Assembly (NCBI RefSeq): GCF_009914755.1
Contig: NC_060934.1
Reading direction: 5' to 3' (one strand)
DNA length: 64,000 nt
Origin: the human T2T-CHM13v2.0 reference genome, Homo sapiens
In this document: positions 15,309-33,560 of the stretch, in pieces
Numbering within the stretch: position 1 is the first letter of the stretch
How the letters are laid out: each line of letters begins with the position of its first letter
Made by a program: the position numbers and the translations under genes
Notes under the pieces: model-generated
Database searches by the model: none
Told to the model about the DNA's origin: nothing
What the model saw: only the letters and a program-made list of their open reading frames with translations

Positions 15309-15674
15309 AGTACATCTTAAAAATGATTTCTGATCCACGTTGAATAATGATGGCCTATAAATATTTTTTCTTGCACTTGCCTTGTTGGGTTTTGATATCA
15401 AGGTTATTTTTATTTTAACCTTATAAAATGAACTGGGGAGTCTTCTTTTTTTATTCTCTCAGTTTGTGTTAGTGGCAGAGTTTTTTTTGTTTGGTTGGTT
15501 GGTTTCTCTTTTTCTTGTATGTTTCATGGAACTTTTTGGTGAAGGCACTTGGGCCTGGAAATTTCTTTATGGCAAGTTTTTTCATTACTGATTCAATATA
15601 TTTAATCTATGTAAGATTTTTTTCTACTTTTTGAGTCAATTTTGATTTTTTTTTTCCAAAAATTCATATCTCAC

Positions 15675-16359
<685 letters not shown>

Positions 16360-16466
16360 TAGTACAGTCCTCCTGTGCAAGATTGTTTTTTGACTGCTTT
16401 TTCTTGACAAATCTTGCTAAAGGTCTGTGAATTTTATAATGTATTTTTAAAGAACCAGGTTTTAGC

Positions 16467-16622
16467 AGGGCATGGTGGCTCATACCTGTAATCCCAGCAC
16501 TTTGAGAGGCAAAGGTGGGAGGATCGCTTGAGCCTGTAAGGGGGAGGCTGTAGTAAGCTGTGATTGAGCGACTACACTCCAGCCTGGGCAACAGAATGAG
16601 ACCCTATCTGAAAACCAAAAAA
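16467..16622 (+). mobile_element. Alu monomer (FRAM/FLAM-like)
   Basis: Single arm with A-rich end. Confidence 0.75.
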
Positions 16623-16749
16623 CCCACAAGTTTTAGCTTGGCTGATTCTATTGTGTGTTTCTTTTGTATTTCATTTGTTTGTTATGTTTTTCCTTTTTCT
16701 TTCTTTGAATTTAACTTGTTCTTTGTCTGATTTATTGACTGATGCTTAG

Positions 16750-17045
<296 letters not shown>

Positions 17046-17105
17046 CTGTTGATGTTTTTTCCAAGTTCCTTTTCTAATGTTCTCATTTAAGACTATAAAT
17101 TTCCC

Positions 17106-17323
17106 CAGCCTGGACAACATGGTGAAACTTTATCTCTACCAAACACACAAAAAATTAGCCTGGCGTGGTGGTGTGAGCCTGTGGTCCCAGCTACTCAGGA
17201 GGCTGAGGTGGGAGGCTCACTTGAGCGCAGGAGGTGGAGGGTAGTAAGCCAAGATTTTGCTACTGCACTCCAGCCTGGGTGACAGAGTGAGACCCCATCT
17301 CAAAAAAAAAAAAAAAAAAAAAA
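17106..17323 (+). mobile_element. 5'-truncated AluJ
   Basis: Starts cagcctggacaacatgg; poly-A tail. Confidence 0.85.
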
Positions 17324-17914
17324 GACTATCATTTTCCCCTTATGAATGGATTTAATTATATCCTACAGTTTTTAATATGTAGAACTGATGATGAATTTGC
17401 CTTATTTTATCTTCAAGCTATGGGCTATTTAAAAGTATACTTTTAGAAAGTTTCTAAAATTGTTACCAGAAATTGTGATCTGTCCACTTTCTTAGAAATT
17501 TGTTACTTAACACTCGTCTATATGGTTAATTTTTGAACTTGTCCACATTTTCTTGAAGGGAAGTCTGTTTCTGTAGTTAAATCTCATGTTCTATATGTTT
17601 GCATTGAGTATTTTTTTCATAGTTTTAAATCTTCATCCTCCCTAATTATTTTTATACTTTATTTACTGAGAGATATATTAAATATCCTACTAGAAGCATG
17701 GATTTGTCTGTCTCCTCATCTGTCAACTTTTGCTTTTTGAGGCTGTACTTGGGTGCATATGATTCAAAAAATATACATCTTTTTTTAATTTGAACTTTTA
17801 TCAAAATGAAATGTTTTCCTTCATTTATGTATGCTTTCAACATTACGTATGATATAGCTATAGTAACTTTGGTTAGACTTTGCACTGTGTATCTTTCACG
17901 TGTATGTGTGTATT

Positions 17915-18190
17915 TTTTTCCCACTGTGCTGCCCAGGCTATAGTGCAGGGGCTGTTCACAGGTGTTCACAGGTGGCTCCCTGCTGCCTTGAACTCCTGGG
18001 CTCAAATGATCCTCCTACCTCAGTCTTTAGAGTGATGTGTGCCACCACCGCCAAATAATTGTTTTTATTTCTTTAGAGATAGAGTTTGGCTATATTGCCA
18101 AGGCTGGTCTTGAGCTCTTGGTCTCAGGTGATCCTCTCACCTCTGCTTCCTGAGTCACTGGGATTACAGACATGTGCCGCCAAGCCTGGC
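17915..18190 (-). mobile_element. FAM-like (7SL-derived) monomer plus FLAM-like monomer
   Basis: ggctgttcacaggtg resembles the 7SL/FAM ggctattcacaggcg segment. Confidence 0.55.
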
Positions 18191-19455
18191 TCCTCTGATA
18201 CGTATTTTAATACCTTTTAAAATCATTCAATATCTTTGTATTTTAAATATGACTTAAAAATAGCATGGAATGAGATTTTAACAATTTATCCATCTTTAAC
18301 TGGATTACTTAGTCCATTTGCATGTATTTGTATTCTGACATACTTGGATTCTGTATAGATGGTGAGTGGTGTGTATGTACATGCATATGTGTTTGTGTCA
18401 TTTTGTCACTTTCTATTTATCCTACTTATGTTTCTTTTTTTCCTTTCTTGCCTTCTTTTCAATTGGTGGGATATTTTTTCTTCTCTAGTCATTTTAAGTT
18501 CTAGTCTTTGTTTATATTCTTTTAGTAACTGTCATGCTAATTTAAATGTGCATATTTAAGTTATGAAAGTCTAAAATTTATCCTCCTCCTGGGTGATAGG
18601 ATAACTTAAGAATACTTTCATCGCATTAAACTCCTCTTGAGTTATGCTACTACAGTATATTTTCAACTTTTTATTTTGACATAATTGCAGATTCACAGGC
18701 GGTTTTAAGAAATAATAGAAATCCCATATAGTCTTCACTCAGTTTCTCCCAATGGTAACATCTTGCGTAACTACCTTGTTCATATTTCACCAGTTTTATG
18801 TGCACTTTTAGTTTTTTTTGTGTATTTAGTTCTATGAAATTTTATCGTGTACATAGATTAGATACCTAACCACCATCACCATCGTCAAGATACAGAACAG
18901 TTCCATCAGAAGGATGGATCCCTTGTGCTACCCATCTTATAGTCACAAACACGTTCCTCACTCCCTGACCCCTGGCAACCACTAATCTGTTTTTCATCTC
19001 TGTAACTTTATTTCAAGAACACATGTAAATGAAACCATACACTGTCTGATATTTTGAGATTGAGTTTTTTTATTCAGCATAATTATCTTGTGATCCGTCA
19101 AAGTTGTTTTGATATATTTTATCATTTTTCTTTTTATATTTCATGGGACATTACTTCTATTGTTTTATACGTTTCACGTTTGTTTAGTTTTATCCATATA
19201 TTCACCTGTCTTTTTCCTGCTCTTCATTTCTTCTTATATCCCAGATCTTCCACTTGAGATCATTTTCTTCCTGCCTGAAATCTTTTTGGTATCTGTTTAG
19301 TAATGGTTTCCTTGGGCGAGCTCCCTCAATTTCTGCACATTTTAAGCTCTATTATGTTAGTCTCATACTTAATTTTTTTTATTGTGGTATAAGAGGCATA
19401 CAGGTAAGGAGATCATGAACGTACAACTCAAAATTTTCACCTAGTTAACACCTAA

Positions 19456-19803
<348 letters not shown>

Positions 19804-20049
19804 TGACTTTTTACACTATAGATTAGTTTTCCTATTATTCGCTTTATAAATGCGATCTTTTCTTTTGGCTTCTTTTGTCAGCTTTAGACTTGTGAGTTCT
19901 ATCCATGGTGTTGCACATGGCCGTGGTTTGTTTATTGTTGTGTGCATTCAGTTTTACTAATATTGCACAATATGTTTATCTGTTCTGCTGGTGGCTGACA
20001 TTCAGGTTCTTCCAAGCTTGGGTCCATTATGAGTAATGCCATTATAAAC

Positions 20050-20340
<291 letters not shown>

Positions 20341-20527
20341 CTAAACTTTCTTGTACTTACCTTTTGGTGCACACGTGTGTACTTTAATTTGATCTGTATC
20401 TGGGAGTGCAAGTGCTTTATAGAGTGTACGTACAGTTTTAGGAGATACTGCTAAAAATTTTGCAGTGGCTATATCAGTTTACACTCTGCCAGCTGTGGAT
20501 GAATGTTCCAGTTGTTTCCCATCCTTC

Positions 20528-21096
20528 TGTTGTAGGAAAGGAGTCCTGATCTAGACTCCAAGAGAGGGTTATTGGATCTGGTGCAAGAAAGAATTCAGGG
20601 CGAGTCCATAGAGTAAAGTGATAGCAGGTTTATTAAGAAAGTAGAAGAATAAAAGAATGGCTACTCTATAGACAGAGCAGCCCGAGGGCTGCTGGTTACC
20701 CATTCTTATGGTTATTTCTAGATAATATGCTAAACAAGGGGTGGATTATTCGTGCCTTTTTTTTTTTTTTTTTTTAAAGACCATGTAGGGTAAATTTCTG
20801 ATATTGCCATGGCATTTGTAAACTGTCGTGGTGCTAGTGGGAGTGTAGCAGTGGGAGGAAGACCAGCGGTCACTCTTGTCACCATCTTGGTTTTAGTAGG
20901 TTTTAGGCAGCTTCCTTACTGCAGACTGTTTTATCAGCAAGGTCATTATGACCTGTACCTTGTGCTGACCTCCTATTTCATCCTATAACTAAGAATTTCA
21001 TCCTATAACTCTCTGGGAATGCAGCCCAGTAGGTCTCAGCCTTTTTTCCCAGCTCCTATTCAAGATGGAGTTGCTCTTTTTCAAACCCCTCTGACA
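20528..21096 (-). mobile_element. MER41A solo LTR
   Basis: Reverse strand starts TGTCAGAGG...AGAGCAACTCCATCTTG; 4-bp TSD CTTC; lacks the MER41B GAS segment. Confidence 0.85.
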
Positions 21097-21473
21097 CTTC
21101 CATGTACTTACTATCGTGTCAGCTTTTAAAAACTTTTAGTCTTTCTGATAGATGTATAGTAGTATCTCATGGTGTTTGTAATGTGAATTTCTGTAATGCC
21201 TAAGTAGGGAAGGGCATCTTCTCATGTTTTAATACTGGTCATTTAGTTGTTCTCTTTGGGAAAGGGCCTGCTCAGGTCTCTTGCCTAGCTTTCTATTGGG
21301 TTACCTGTCTTCTTGTTTAAAATTACTGATTTGTAGGAATTCTTATATTATGGACCAAAGTTATTTGGTCATATTCTACCCAGTATTCTCTGAATGATTA
21401 TTTGAATAAAGATGATTAATTTTGCTATAGTGCAGTTTATCAGTATTTTCCTTTATGGATAACGTTTTTGGTT

Positions 21474-22058
21474 GCAGGGGAGTTTTGAACTTTCTCTCTT
21501 TTCCCTGAAGGTTCGATAATTTGAGTCTCTGTAATAAACTTGACAGTAGCCAGATTAGCAGGAACAGTGGCATACAGCCTGATGATGTGCGTATGCACAG
21601 GAGTCCACGAAATATGAGACTCACAGAAGAGCCAGGTGGTTGAAGCTTAGCTAGCAATTTGAGCTGCAGAAAGAAACAGGAGCTTAAAGGCCCCTGGATG
21701 GTAGTGGCGACAAGCTATGGGAGAGCGAGGGGAGGAACTGCACTGGGAACAAAGGCTCTTATGCAGAAAAAAGTCCCTCAGGTAGCAGCCTTCAGAATAG
21801 GTGAAAAGTCTGTCTGGTGTGGTATCCTGAGTGTGGAGACCTTTTAGTTTCCTCTGTTTCCATAGGAGTCTGGTTAATGTAGATCCCAGGAAGGAGGGCA
21901 GGGTTTATGACAGACAACAGCATTCCTCCTGGGGGAACTTCTCTTAATCAAATAAGTGAAACTTCGGAGAAAGCACTGCCTGTATTTGCTGCTTCCCAGG
22001 TGCTCTCAGGTTGAAGTCTACAGCTGCATATTTTGGGGTATTTTTTTGAGCCCAACAT
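21474..22058 (-). mobile_element. MER4-group ERV1 LTR (MER31/MER67-like)
   Basis: tgcaggggag...ccctgaaggttcg...catattttggggt...cccaaca. Confidence 0.5.
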
Positions 22059-22154
22059 GATCTTTATGAAAAATTTTACCTAATTCTATGTTATCTTCTA
22101 GAAGCCTTTTCACATGTAGCCTGTCTATCTGGAAGGGATTTTTATGTATGGTAT

Positions 22155-22486
22155 TGTTAACAGTGGAGCGTGTGCAGGTTCTTGGCATCTTGAACAGAGA
22201 ATTGGACAAAACGCACAAAGCAAGGAAGGAATGAAGGGATTTATAGAAAATGAAACTACACGCCACAGTGTGGAAGCAGCTCTGAGCATAGGGGCTCAAA
22301 GTTCCTGTTACAGAGTTTTTATGAGTTTACCCTCTACTTGAGGTACACCCTATGTAAATGAAGAGGATGAAGTAAAGTTACAAGGCAATTTACGGCATAC
22401 ACCTTATGGAGAGGATATTTCCTGTTATAGCTGAAGTGTGAATTGGCCTGATGTTGCCTGCCTCCAGACCCTATTTTCCTGCCTCA
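22155..22486 (-). mobile_element. MER61A solo LTR
   Basis: Reverse strand starts TGAGGCAGGAAAATAGGGTCTGGAGGCAGG; 4-bp TSD GTAT. Confidence 0.8.
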
Positions 22487-22560
22487 GTATCAAGTAGGAA
22501 ACTTTTTCACATGGCTATCCAGTTGACTTTGGCACCGTTTATTAAAATGACCATCTTTTC

Positions 22561-22829
22561 TTTTTTTTGTGACGAGGTCTTGCTCTGTCACCCAGGCTGG
22601 AGTGCAGTGGCATGATCCTGGCTGACTGCAACCTCCGCCTCCTGGGTTCAAGCGATTCTCCTGCCTCAGCCTCCTGAATAGCTGGGATTACATGTGCCTG
22701 GCTAATTTTTGTATATTTAATAGAGATGGGGTTTCACCATGTTGGCCTTGAACTCCTGATCTCAGGTGACCCGCCTGCCTAGGCCTCTCAAAGTGCTGAG
22801 ATTACAGGTGTGAGTCACCACGCCTGGCC
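22561..22829 (-). mobile_element. AluS with 18-bp TSD
   Basis: TSD TAAAATGACCATCTTTTC at 22543-22560 and 22830-22847. Confidence 0.92.
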
Positions 22830-22847
22830 TAAAATGACCATCTTTTC

Positions 22848-23132
<285 letters not shown>

Positions 23133-23214
23133 CATCTTCATTGTTCTTCAGTGTCACCTTTATTATAAATCAAGTACTATATACATGGGCATGCTTTTGG
23201 CCTCTGTAAGTTCC

Positions 23215-26200
23215 TTTTTTAAAATTTTCCACAAGTTATTAGGGGACAGGTGGTATTTGGTTACATGAGTAAGTTCTTTAGTGGTGATTTGTGAGATTTT
23301 GGTGCACCCACCACCCGAGCAGTATACCCTGCACCTATTTGTAATATTTTATTCCTTGCCCCCTCCACACCCTTACCCCCAAGTCCCCAAAGTCCATTGT
23401 ATCATTCTTATGCCTTTGCATCTTCATAGCTTAGCTCCACATATCAGTGAGAACATACAATCTTTGGTTTTCCATTCCTGAGTTACTTCACTTGGAATAA
23501 TAGTCTCCAATCTCATCCAGGTCACTGCAAGTGCTGTTAATTTACTCCTTTTTATGACCGAGTAATATGCCGTAGCATAAATATACCACAGTTTATTTGT
23601 CTACTTGTTGATTGATGGGCATTTGGGTTGGTTCCACGATTTTGGAATTGTGAATTGTGCCGCTATAAACATGCATGTGCAAGTATCTTTTTTGAATAAT
23701 GACTTCTTTTCCTCTGGGTAGATACCCAGTAGTGGAATTGCTGGATCAAATGGTAGTTCTACTTTTAGTTCTTTAAGGAATCTCCACACTGTTTTCCATA
23801 GTGGTTGTACTAGTTTACATTTCCATCAGCAGTGTAGAAGTGTTTCCTGTTCACTGCACCCACACCAGCATCTACTGTTTTTTGATTTTTTGATTATGGC
23901 CTTTCTTGCAGGAGTAAGGTGGTATCACATTGTGGTTTTGATCTGCATTTCCCTGATCGTTAGTGATGTTGGGCATTTTTTCATATATTAGTTGGCCATT
24001 TGTATGTCTTCTTTTGAGAATTGTCTATTCATGTCCATAGCCCACTTTTTGATGGGATTGTTTTTTTCTTACTGATTTGAGTTTGTTGTAGATTCTGGAT
24101 ATTAGTCCTTCGTCAGATGTATAGATTGTGAAGATTTTCTCCCACTCTGTGGGTTGTCTATTTACTCTGCTGACTGTTCTTTTGCCATGCAAAAGCTCAT
24201 TAGTTTAATTAAGTCCCAACTATTTATCTTTGTTTTTATTGCATTTGCTTTTGGGTTCTTGGTCATGAAATCCTTGCTAAGCCAGTGTCTAGAAGGGTTT
24301 TCCAATGTTATCTTCTAGAATTTTTACAGTTTCAGATCTTAGGTTTAAGTCCTCAATCCATCTTGAGTTGATTTTTGTATAAGGTAAGAGATAAGGATCC
24401 AGCTTCATTCTCCCACATGTGCATAACCAATTAGCCCAGCACCATTTGTTGAAAAGGGTGTCCTTTCCCCACTTTGTTTGGTTTGTTGAAGATCAGTTGG
24501 TTATAAGTGTTTGGGCTTATTTTTGGGTTCTCTATTCTGTTTCATTGTTTCTATGTACCTGTTTTTATACCAGTACCATGCTGTTTTGGTGACTATGGCC
24601 TTATAGTATAGTTTGAAATCAGGTAGTGTGATGCCTCCAGATTTGTTCTTTTTGCTTAGTCTTGCTTTGGCTCTGCGGGCTCTTTTTTGGTTCCATATGA
24701 ATTTTAGAATTTGTTTTTTCTAATTCTGTGAAGAATAATGGTGGTATTTTGATGGGCATTGTGTTGAATTTGTAGATTGCTTTTGGCAGTATCATCATTT
24801 TCACAATATTGATCGTACCCATCCATGAGCATGGGATGTGTTTCCATTTGTTTGTGTCATCTATGATTTATTTCAGAGGTGTTTTGTAGTTTTACTTGTA
24901 GAGGTATTTTGCCCCCTTGGTTAGGTATATTCCTAAGTATTTTAGTTTTTTTGCAGCTGTTGTAAAAGGGGGTGAGTTCTTGATTTGATTCTCCCCTTGG
25001 TCGCTGTTGGTGTATAGAAGAGCTACTGATTTGGGTACATTGATTTGTGTACATTAATCTTGCATCGGAAAAACTTGCTGAATTCTTTTATCAGTTGTAG
25101 GAGCTTTCTGGAGGAGCCTTTAGGGTTTTCAAGGTAAACAGTCATATCATCAGCAAACGATAACAGTTTGACTTCCTCTTTACCGATTTGGATGCCCTTT
25201 CTTTTGTCTGATTTCTCTGGGTAGGACTTACAGTACTATGTTGAGGAGTGGTGAAATTGGGCATCCTTGTCTTGTTCCCCTTCTCAGAGGGAGTGCTTTC
25301 AACTTTTCCCCATTTAGTATTATGTTGGCTGTGGGTTTGTCATTGATGGCTTTTATTACATGAGGTATGTCCCTTGTGTACCATGTTTGCTGAGAGTTTT
25401 AATCATAAAGTGATGCTGGATTTTGTCGAATGCATTTTCTGCATCTATTGAGATCATGTCATTTTTTTTTAAATTTTGTTTGTGTGGTGTACCAGATTTA
25501 TTGACTTGCATATGTTAAACCATCCCTGCATCCCTGGTATGAAATCCATTTGATCATGGTGGATTATCTTTTTGATATGTTGTTGGATTTGGTTAGCTAG
25601 TATTTTGTTAAGGATTTTAGCATCTATGTTCATCAAGGATATCGGTCTGTAGTTTTCTTTTCTGGTTATGTCGTTTCCTGATTTTGGTATTAGGGTGACT
25701 TGGTACCAATTCTTCTTTGAATATCTGGTAGAATTCTGCTGTGAATCTGTCTGGTCCTAGACTTTTTTTTTGTTGGTAATTTTTAAATTACCATTTCAAT
25801 CTTGCTGCTCGTTATTGGTCTGTTCAGGGTATCTAATTCTTCCTGATTTAAGCTAGGAGGGTTGTATTTTTTCCAGGGATTTATCCGTCTTTTCTAGGTT
25901 TTCTACTTATGTGTGTAAAGGTGTTCACAGTAGCCTTGAATGAGCTTTTGTATTTGTGTTGTCAGTTGTAATATCTCCTGTTTCATTTCTTAATGAGGTT
26001 GTCTGGATTTTCTCTCTTCTCTTCTTGGTTAATCTTGCTAATGGTCTATCAATTTTATTTATCTTTTCAAAGAACCAGCTTTTTGTTTCATTTATGTTTC
26101 GTCTTTTTTGTTTGTTTCAATTTCATTTAGTTCTGCTCGGATCTTGGTAATTTCCTTTCTTCTGCTGGGTTTGGGTTTGGTTTGTTCTTGGCTCTCTAGT

Positions 26201-26539
26201 TCCTTGAGGTGTGACCTTAGAGTGTCAGTTTGCACTTTTTCAATCTTTTTGATTTAGGTGTTCAGGGCTATGAACTTTCCTCTTAGCACCACCTTTGCTG
26301 TATCCAAGAGGCTTTGATAGGTTGTGTCATTATTGTCATTCAGTTTGAAGAATTTTAAAATTTCCATCTTGTTTTCGTTTTTGACCCAGTGCTCATTCAG
26401 GAACAGGTTACTTAACTTCCGTGTATTTGCATTGTTTTGAAGGTTCGTTTTGGAGTTGATTTTCGATTTTATTCCACTGTTATCTGAGAGAGTGCTTGAT
26501 ATAATTTCAATCTTCTTAAATTTATTGAGGCTTGTTTTA
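23215..26539 (-). mobile_element. 5'-truncated L1PB (L1PB1-like), 3.3 kb
   Basis: Minus-strand ORF2 fragments ([24 protein letters not shown]); L1PB 3'UTR; degenerate TSD ttggcctctgtaagttcc (23197-23214) / ttggcatctgcaagtttc (26540-26557). Confidence 0.92.
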
Positions 26540-27220
26540 TTGGCATCTGCAAGTTTCATTGGTTGATTTTTCTATATTTTGTTTGGTTTTGGAAATAAGT
26601 ATAATAAAACACAGTCCTGCTCTTAAAATGCATACAATCAGTTAAATAGCTAATTTCAACATAATGTGATGTGGAAGAAAAACATATTAAAATTGTGCTG
26701 TATTTAAAGTTTCATAATAGAAATGTTAATTTCTTTACTAAAGTGACCCTTCTACTGCAGCAGGAAGACTGTTTTTATAATTGAAAGATAGTTTGCGTTT
26801 TATTACTTGGCTTTTCTTTATAGTTTACTGTACATGAATATATCCCTAAACACGTATTATTATAATTCTGCCTGTTTTGGGGCAGCATCTACCTTATAGC
26901 ACTGGCTGAGGGCTGAGCTGAGCGTGGCTCCAAGGGAATCCAGCCTTGGGCAGTAGGTGGCAATGTTGGGCAGGCAGATGAAGGCTCCGGGATGTCTGGC
27001 TAGTTATGGGGACTGAGCTGTGGGCAGAATTCCAGTCCTGCGTGAATTAAGGCTGGTCCCCAAACCAAGTCGAAGAGACAGAACAGACTGGAGGAGGAGG
27101 TGGGAGAGGTCCATGATGAGAGCCGCTGCCTTTTATTTAGCATTGTGTACTGAGCTCTGTGCAGGGCACCTAACAGCCTAGCATGCAGCAACTCAGTTCC
27201 CACCACCTGTACCCCTACCG

Positions 27221-27251
<31 letters not shown>

Positions 27252-27719
27252 AAATCACGAAGAGAAAGACAGTTGGAATGTGGCAGAACCAGGATTCTAT
27301 CCCAGTCTGGCTGTCCTCACAACTCTGAATCATCAGGTGACAACAGTGTCTTGCTAGAATTGCCAGTTGCTGCTGCTCGGGAGCAGCTGGTGCCTGCCCT
27401 GCAGGATGGTGCCATGGGCCTGGCTGAGCTGTGGCTCCCAGCACGATGCTGTTTCTTCCCCAGGTCTGCTCAGTGCTGCAGTTCAGCAGGGTGGAGGCTA
27501 TGCTGTGCATGCCCCAATCTCTTCTGCCTGGGGGTGTGGGCAGAGCTGCTGGCCTTCATCTCTCTGCTTGTTTCTCCAGACATCTCCTCCTACTCTGATA
27601 GAGACACCCTGTCTTGGGACATCCCCCCATTCATTCCTTCACGGAAAGTCAGCCTATTTTTGTATTTTACTTTGTGGTCATCTTCATAATATTTCTTCGT
27701 GGCATCGACAGCAGTTTGT

Positions 27720-27880
27720 AACTGGGGATTATCTGATTGTTATCTCTCTGCCCTGTGGAACTATAAGCTTCCTGAAGGCAGGGGCCGCATCTGAGCTCAC
27801 TGTTGTATCCTCATAGCTTTACATGGCACCTGGCATCCAGAAGCCTTACATATTTACTTGATGAATGAATATATGAATGA
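27720..27880 (+). mobile_element. L2 3' end
   Basis: ctataagcttcctgaaggcagggg...acttgatgaatgaat; strand uncertain. Confidence 0.55.
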
Positions 27881-28007
27881 CTTCCTTCAACTAATTTTGT
27901 CTCTTACTTCCTAGTTGCCAGGTGGTATAAGACAGCAGGGTTATCATCTAATATATATTTGATGTGATAAGAAACTAAAGTCTTGTTGGGAACTTCAGTC
28001 TCAATTG

Positions 28008-28330
28008 GGGCAAATCAAGATTTTGTGATTCTGAAGCAGTTTGGGGAGTTGTCTTTAAGAAAAAGAATGCTGATTATAAACACAAAAAAGATTATAAATC
28101 TGTCTTTTAGAATGCCAAAAAGTATAATTAAAAATATAAAAAGCTGACCAATGTCACAAATGTCATAACATTTGAAAAATAACATTTATTAACTAATTGT
28201 CCAATATATTTCTATAATATCTTCTCCTATATATTTTGGCTACATGTTATTATGTTACCTTTGTATAACAATTCTGTCATAATAACTTCAGTGGCTGGAA
28301 TAGAAAGATAATTAAGTCTTTCTATTAATA
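28008..28330 (+). mobile_element. MER53-related hAT DNA transposon fragment
   Basis: ggggcaaatcaagattttgtg...ctttaagaaaaagaat...aaagctgaccaat. Confidence 0.45.
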
Positions 28331-29270
28331 TAGTAATTACACTTTTTTCTTTAGTCTAAAAATGTTAGACTTGCATAAATGTCTTGCTATATTATATGAA
28401 GACTACATTTTTAAGCTAATAAGGGCCACCAGTGAGGGAAAGGTTTACATACTTTCTTTACCTTCTCTGAATTCGTCATTAGGTAGTAGCATGTTTGATG
28501 GTAGATTTTCAACTACAGGAAAAGCATGGTACATATTGCTGGAGCATCAGTTTTACTTGTTAGTATATATGTAGAAACATTTTTATATTAGGACAAATGG
28601 AAACATCAGAGAATACTGTGCAAAATGTATAATTTAAAGCTCAAACACCAGACTTCATAAGGCTATAATTTTGACCTAATAGCTTGACACTTTTGAATCT
28701 AAGACAATAATCCTGATTTCCATCATAGTCTTTCCATTTGTTTGTAGGTATTTAGTTGAATTTAGTGATTTATTTTTTGTCCTTTTTTTCATTCCTTAAC
28801 TGAAATTTAAACATAACTTTTTATAGAAATAAAAAGGATATACAGAAAAATGCACATATCATAAGTTTATGGCTTGCTGAATTTTCACAAAGTGAACCCA
28901 CTGGAGCGAGATGCTGTCTCAAAAAAAAAAAAAAAAAAAAATTGCCACAACCCCAGAAGTACCTCCTCTTCTTCCTTTCCGGATTCAATCTCCATGCTTG
29001 CCAAGGAAACCACAGCCCTGACTTCTAACACCATGGGTTAGTTTTGCCAGCTTTTGAACTCTGTGTAAATAGAAGTATACAGTATGTACTTATTTGGATC
29101 TGACTTATTTTCCCCAACATTATGTTTGTAAGATTAATCCATATTGTTGTAGATAGTTGAAGATCCTTCTTTCTCATTGCTGTTCCATTAATATAGCACC
29201 ATTTATTTATTCCAGTATTGATAAACATTTGTATAGTTTCTTGTTTTTGGCTATTATGAATAGTACCTCT

Positions 29271-29590
<320 letters not shown>

Positions 29591-30039
29591 CTAGTACATG
29601 TTTGTTGGTAAACATATGTATGTATTTCTGTTGAGTGTATCGCTAAAAGTGGAAATGTTAGGTTATATGGTATGTATGTGACTGACTTTGGCTAGATATT
29701 GCCAAACAGTTGTTCAAGGTCGTGACTTATAATCTCACCCACAGTGTAAGGAAGTTCTTTTAATACATTGCATGATTGTATGAGAGATCTCACTGTTCCA
29801 TCTCTTTACTGACACTTGGTATTTTCTGTCCTTTTAATTTTAGACTTTGTAGTACCTGTGAAAGCTGTTTGTCATTGTGGTTTTAATTTGGATCGTAGTT
29901 TATTACAGACATTTTCAAAAAGATTCTGCTTCACAACTTGTTTTTGGTATTGAGTCAATGTTTAGAATGTCATATTTGGAAAGACCTCTATCAACTTTTT
30001 TCATGTATAAGCTTTAAGATTTCAGGGTATTTCCCATAT

Positions 30040-32060
<2,021 letters not shown>

Positions 32061-32404
32061 TGATTTCAGGACATTTTAAATATTTTTGTGCAGTGACTAA
32101 TCCCCGTATCTCTTTAAATTAAGGATACTAATTTACCATTTTGTCATCTATGGTTCCCTAATAGGAAACCTGTTAATATAACTCATGGTATTAATAAATC
32201 CAAAGAATGATGAAGAGGCATTCATAAGTCTAAATCCTTTCTAGTTTAAAAATACTTTTAAAGTAGGAAAATACAGATGATTGCCTTACATAATAAAATT
32301 ATATATATTTCATTCTAAATGCTAACATCATGCTTTAAGGTAGCAGAACCTAGAAGCATTCTTATTAAAGACAGGGTCAATAAAATAAATAATTTCTACT
32401 GTCA

Positions 32405-32506
32405 TTATTATTATTATTATTATTTTTTTTTTTGAGACAGAGTCTCGCTCTGTTGCCCAGGCTGGAGTGAAGTGTCATGATCTCGGCTCACTGCAACCTC
32501 CACCTC
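32405..32506 (-). mobile_element. Truncated Alu (3' ~100 bp) with (ATT)n tail
   Basis: gagacagagtctcgctctgttgcccaggctgg. Confidence 0.85.
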
Positions 32507-32565
32507 TTAATCTTAATCCATTTAAATGTGAAAGGCAAAACAAAAACTTTTGGAAGATATGTCAG

Positions 32566-33560
32566 TGAAGGGGTAGCCTGTCGCTCCACACCTGTGGGTA
32601 TTTCTCATCAGGTGGGACAAGAGACTGAGAAAATAAATAAGACACAGAGACAAAGTATAGAGAAAGAACAGTGGGCCCAGGAGACCGGTGCTCAGCATAC
32701 GGAGGACCTGTACCAGCACCGGTCTCTGAGTTTCCTCAGTATTTATTGATTACTGTTTTCACTATCTCAGCCAGAGGAATGTGGCAGGAGAACAGGGTGA
32801 TAGTGGGGAGAAAGCAAGAAAACATGTGACCAAAGGAACTCTGTGTCACAAATAAGTTCAAGGGAAGATACTATGCCTGGATGTGCACGTAGGCCAGATT
32901 TATGCTTTTCTTCACCCAAACATCTCAGTGTAGTAAAGAGTAACAGAGCAGCATTGCCGCCAGCATATCTCGCCTCCAGCCACAGGGCGGTTTTCTCCTA
33001 TCTCAGAATAGAACAAATGTACGATCGGATTTTATACCGAGACATTCTGTTCCCAGGGGCACGCAGGAGACAGAGGCCTTCCTCTTGTCTCAACCTCAAG
33101 AGGCCTTCCTCTTTTACTATTCCTCCTCAGCACGGATCATTTACAGGTGTCGGGCTGGGGGATGGTCAGGTCTTTCCCTTCGCACGAGGCCATATCTCAG
33201 GCTGTCTCAGTGGGGAGAAACCTTGGCCAGTACCCAGGCTTTCTTGGGCAGAGGTACCTGCGGCTTTCCGCAGTGCGTTGTGCCCCCTGCTTAATCAAGA
33301 ACGGAGAATGGCGATGACTTTTACCAAGCATACTGCCTGTAAACATATTGTTAACAAGGCACATCCTGCACAGCCCTAGATCCCTTAAACCTTGATTCCA
33401 CACAACACATGTTTCTGTGAGCACAAGGTTGGGGCTAAAGTTACAGATTAATAGCATCTCAAGGCAAAACAATTGTTCAGGGTACAGATCAAAATGCAGT
33501 TTCTTATGTGTTCCTTTTCTACATAGACATGGTAACAGTCTGATCTCTCTTTTCCCTAGA
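32566..33560 (-). mobile_element. HERV-K(HML-2) solo LTR, LTR5A-like
   Basis: Reverse strand starts (TC)TAGGGAAAAGAGAGATCAGACTGTTAC, ends GCTACCCCTTCA; 995 bp; TSD GTCAG at 32561-32565 and 33561-33565; TATA near 33030 and AATAAA at 32742-32747 on minus. Confidence 0.92.

Noticed and set aside
27183-27816. Overlapping 168/149/105-aa ORFs in GC-richer DNA
   Set aside because: They run through a poly-T tract, have no recognisable domain and show no coding signal.
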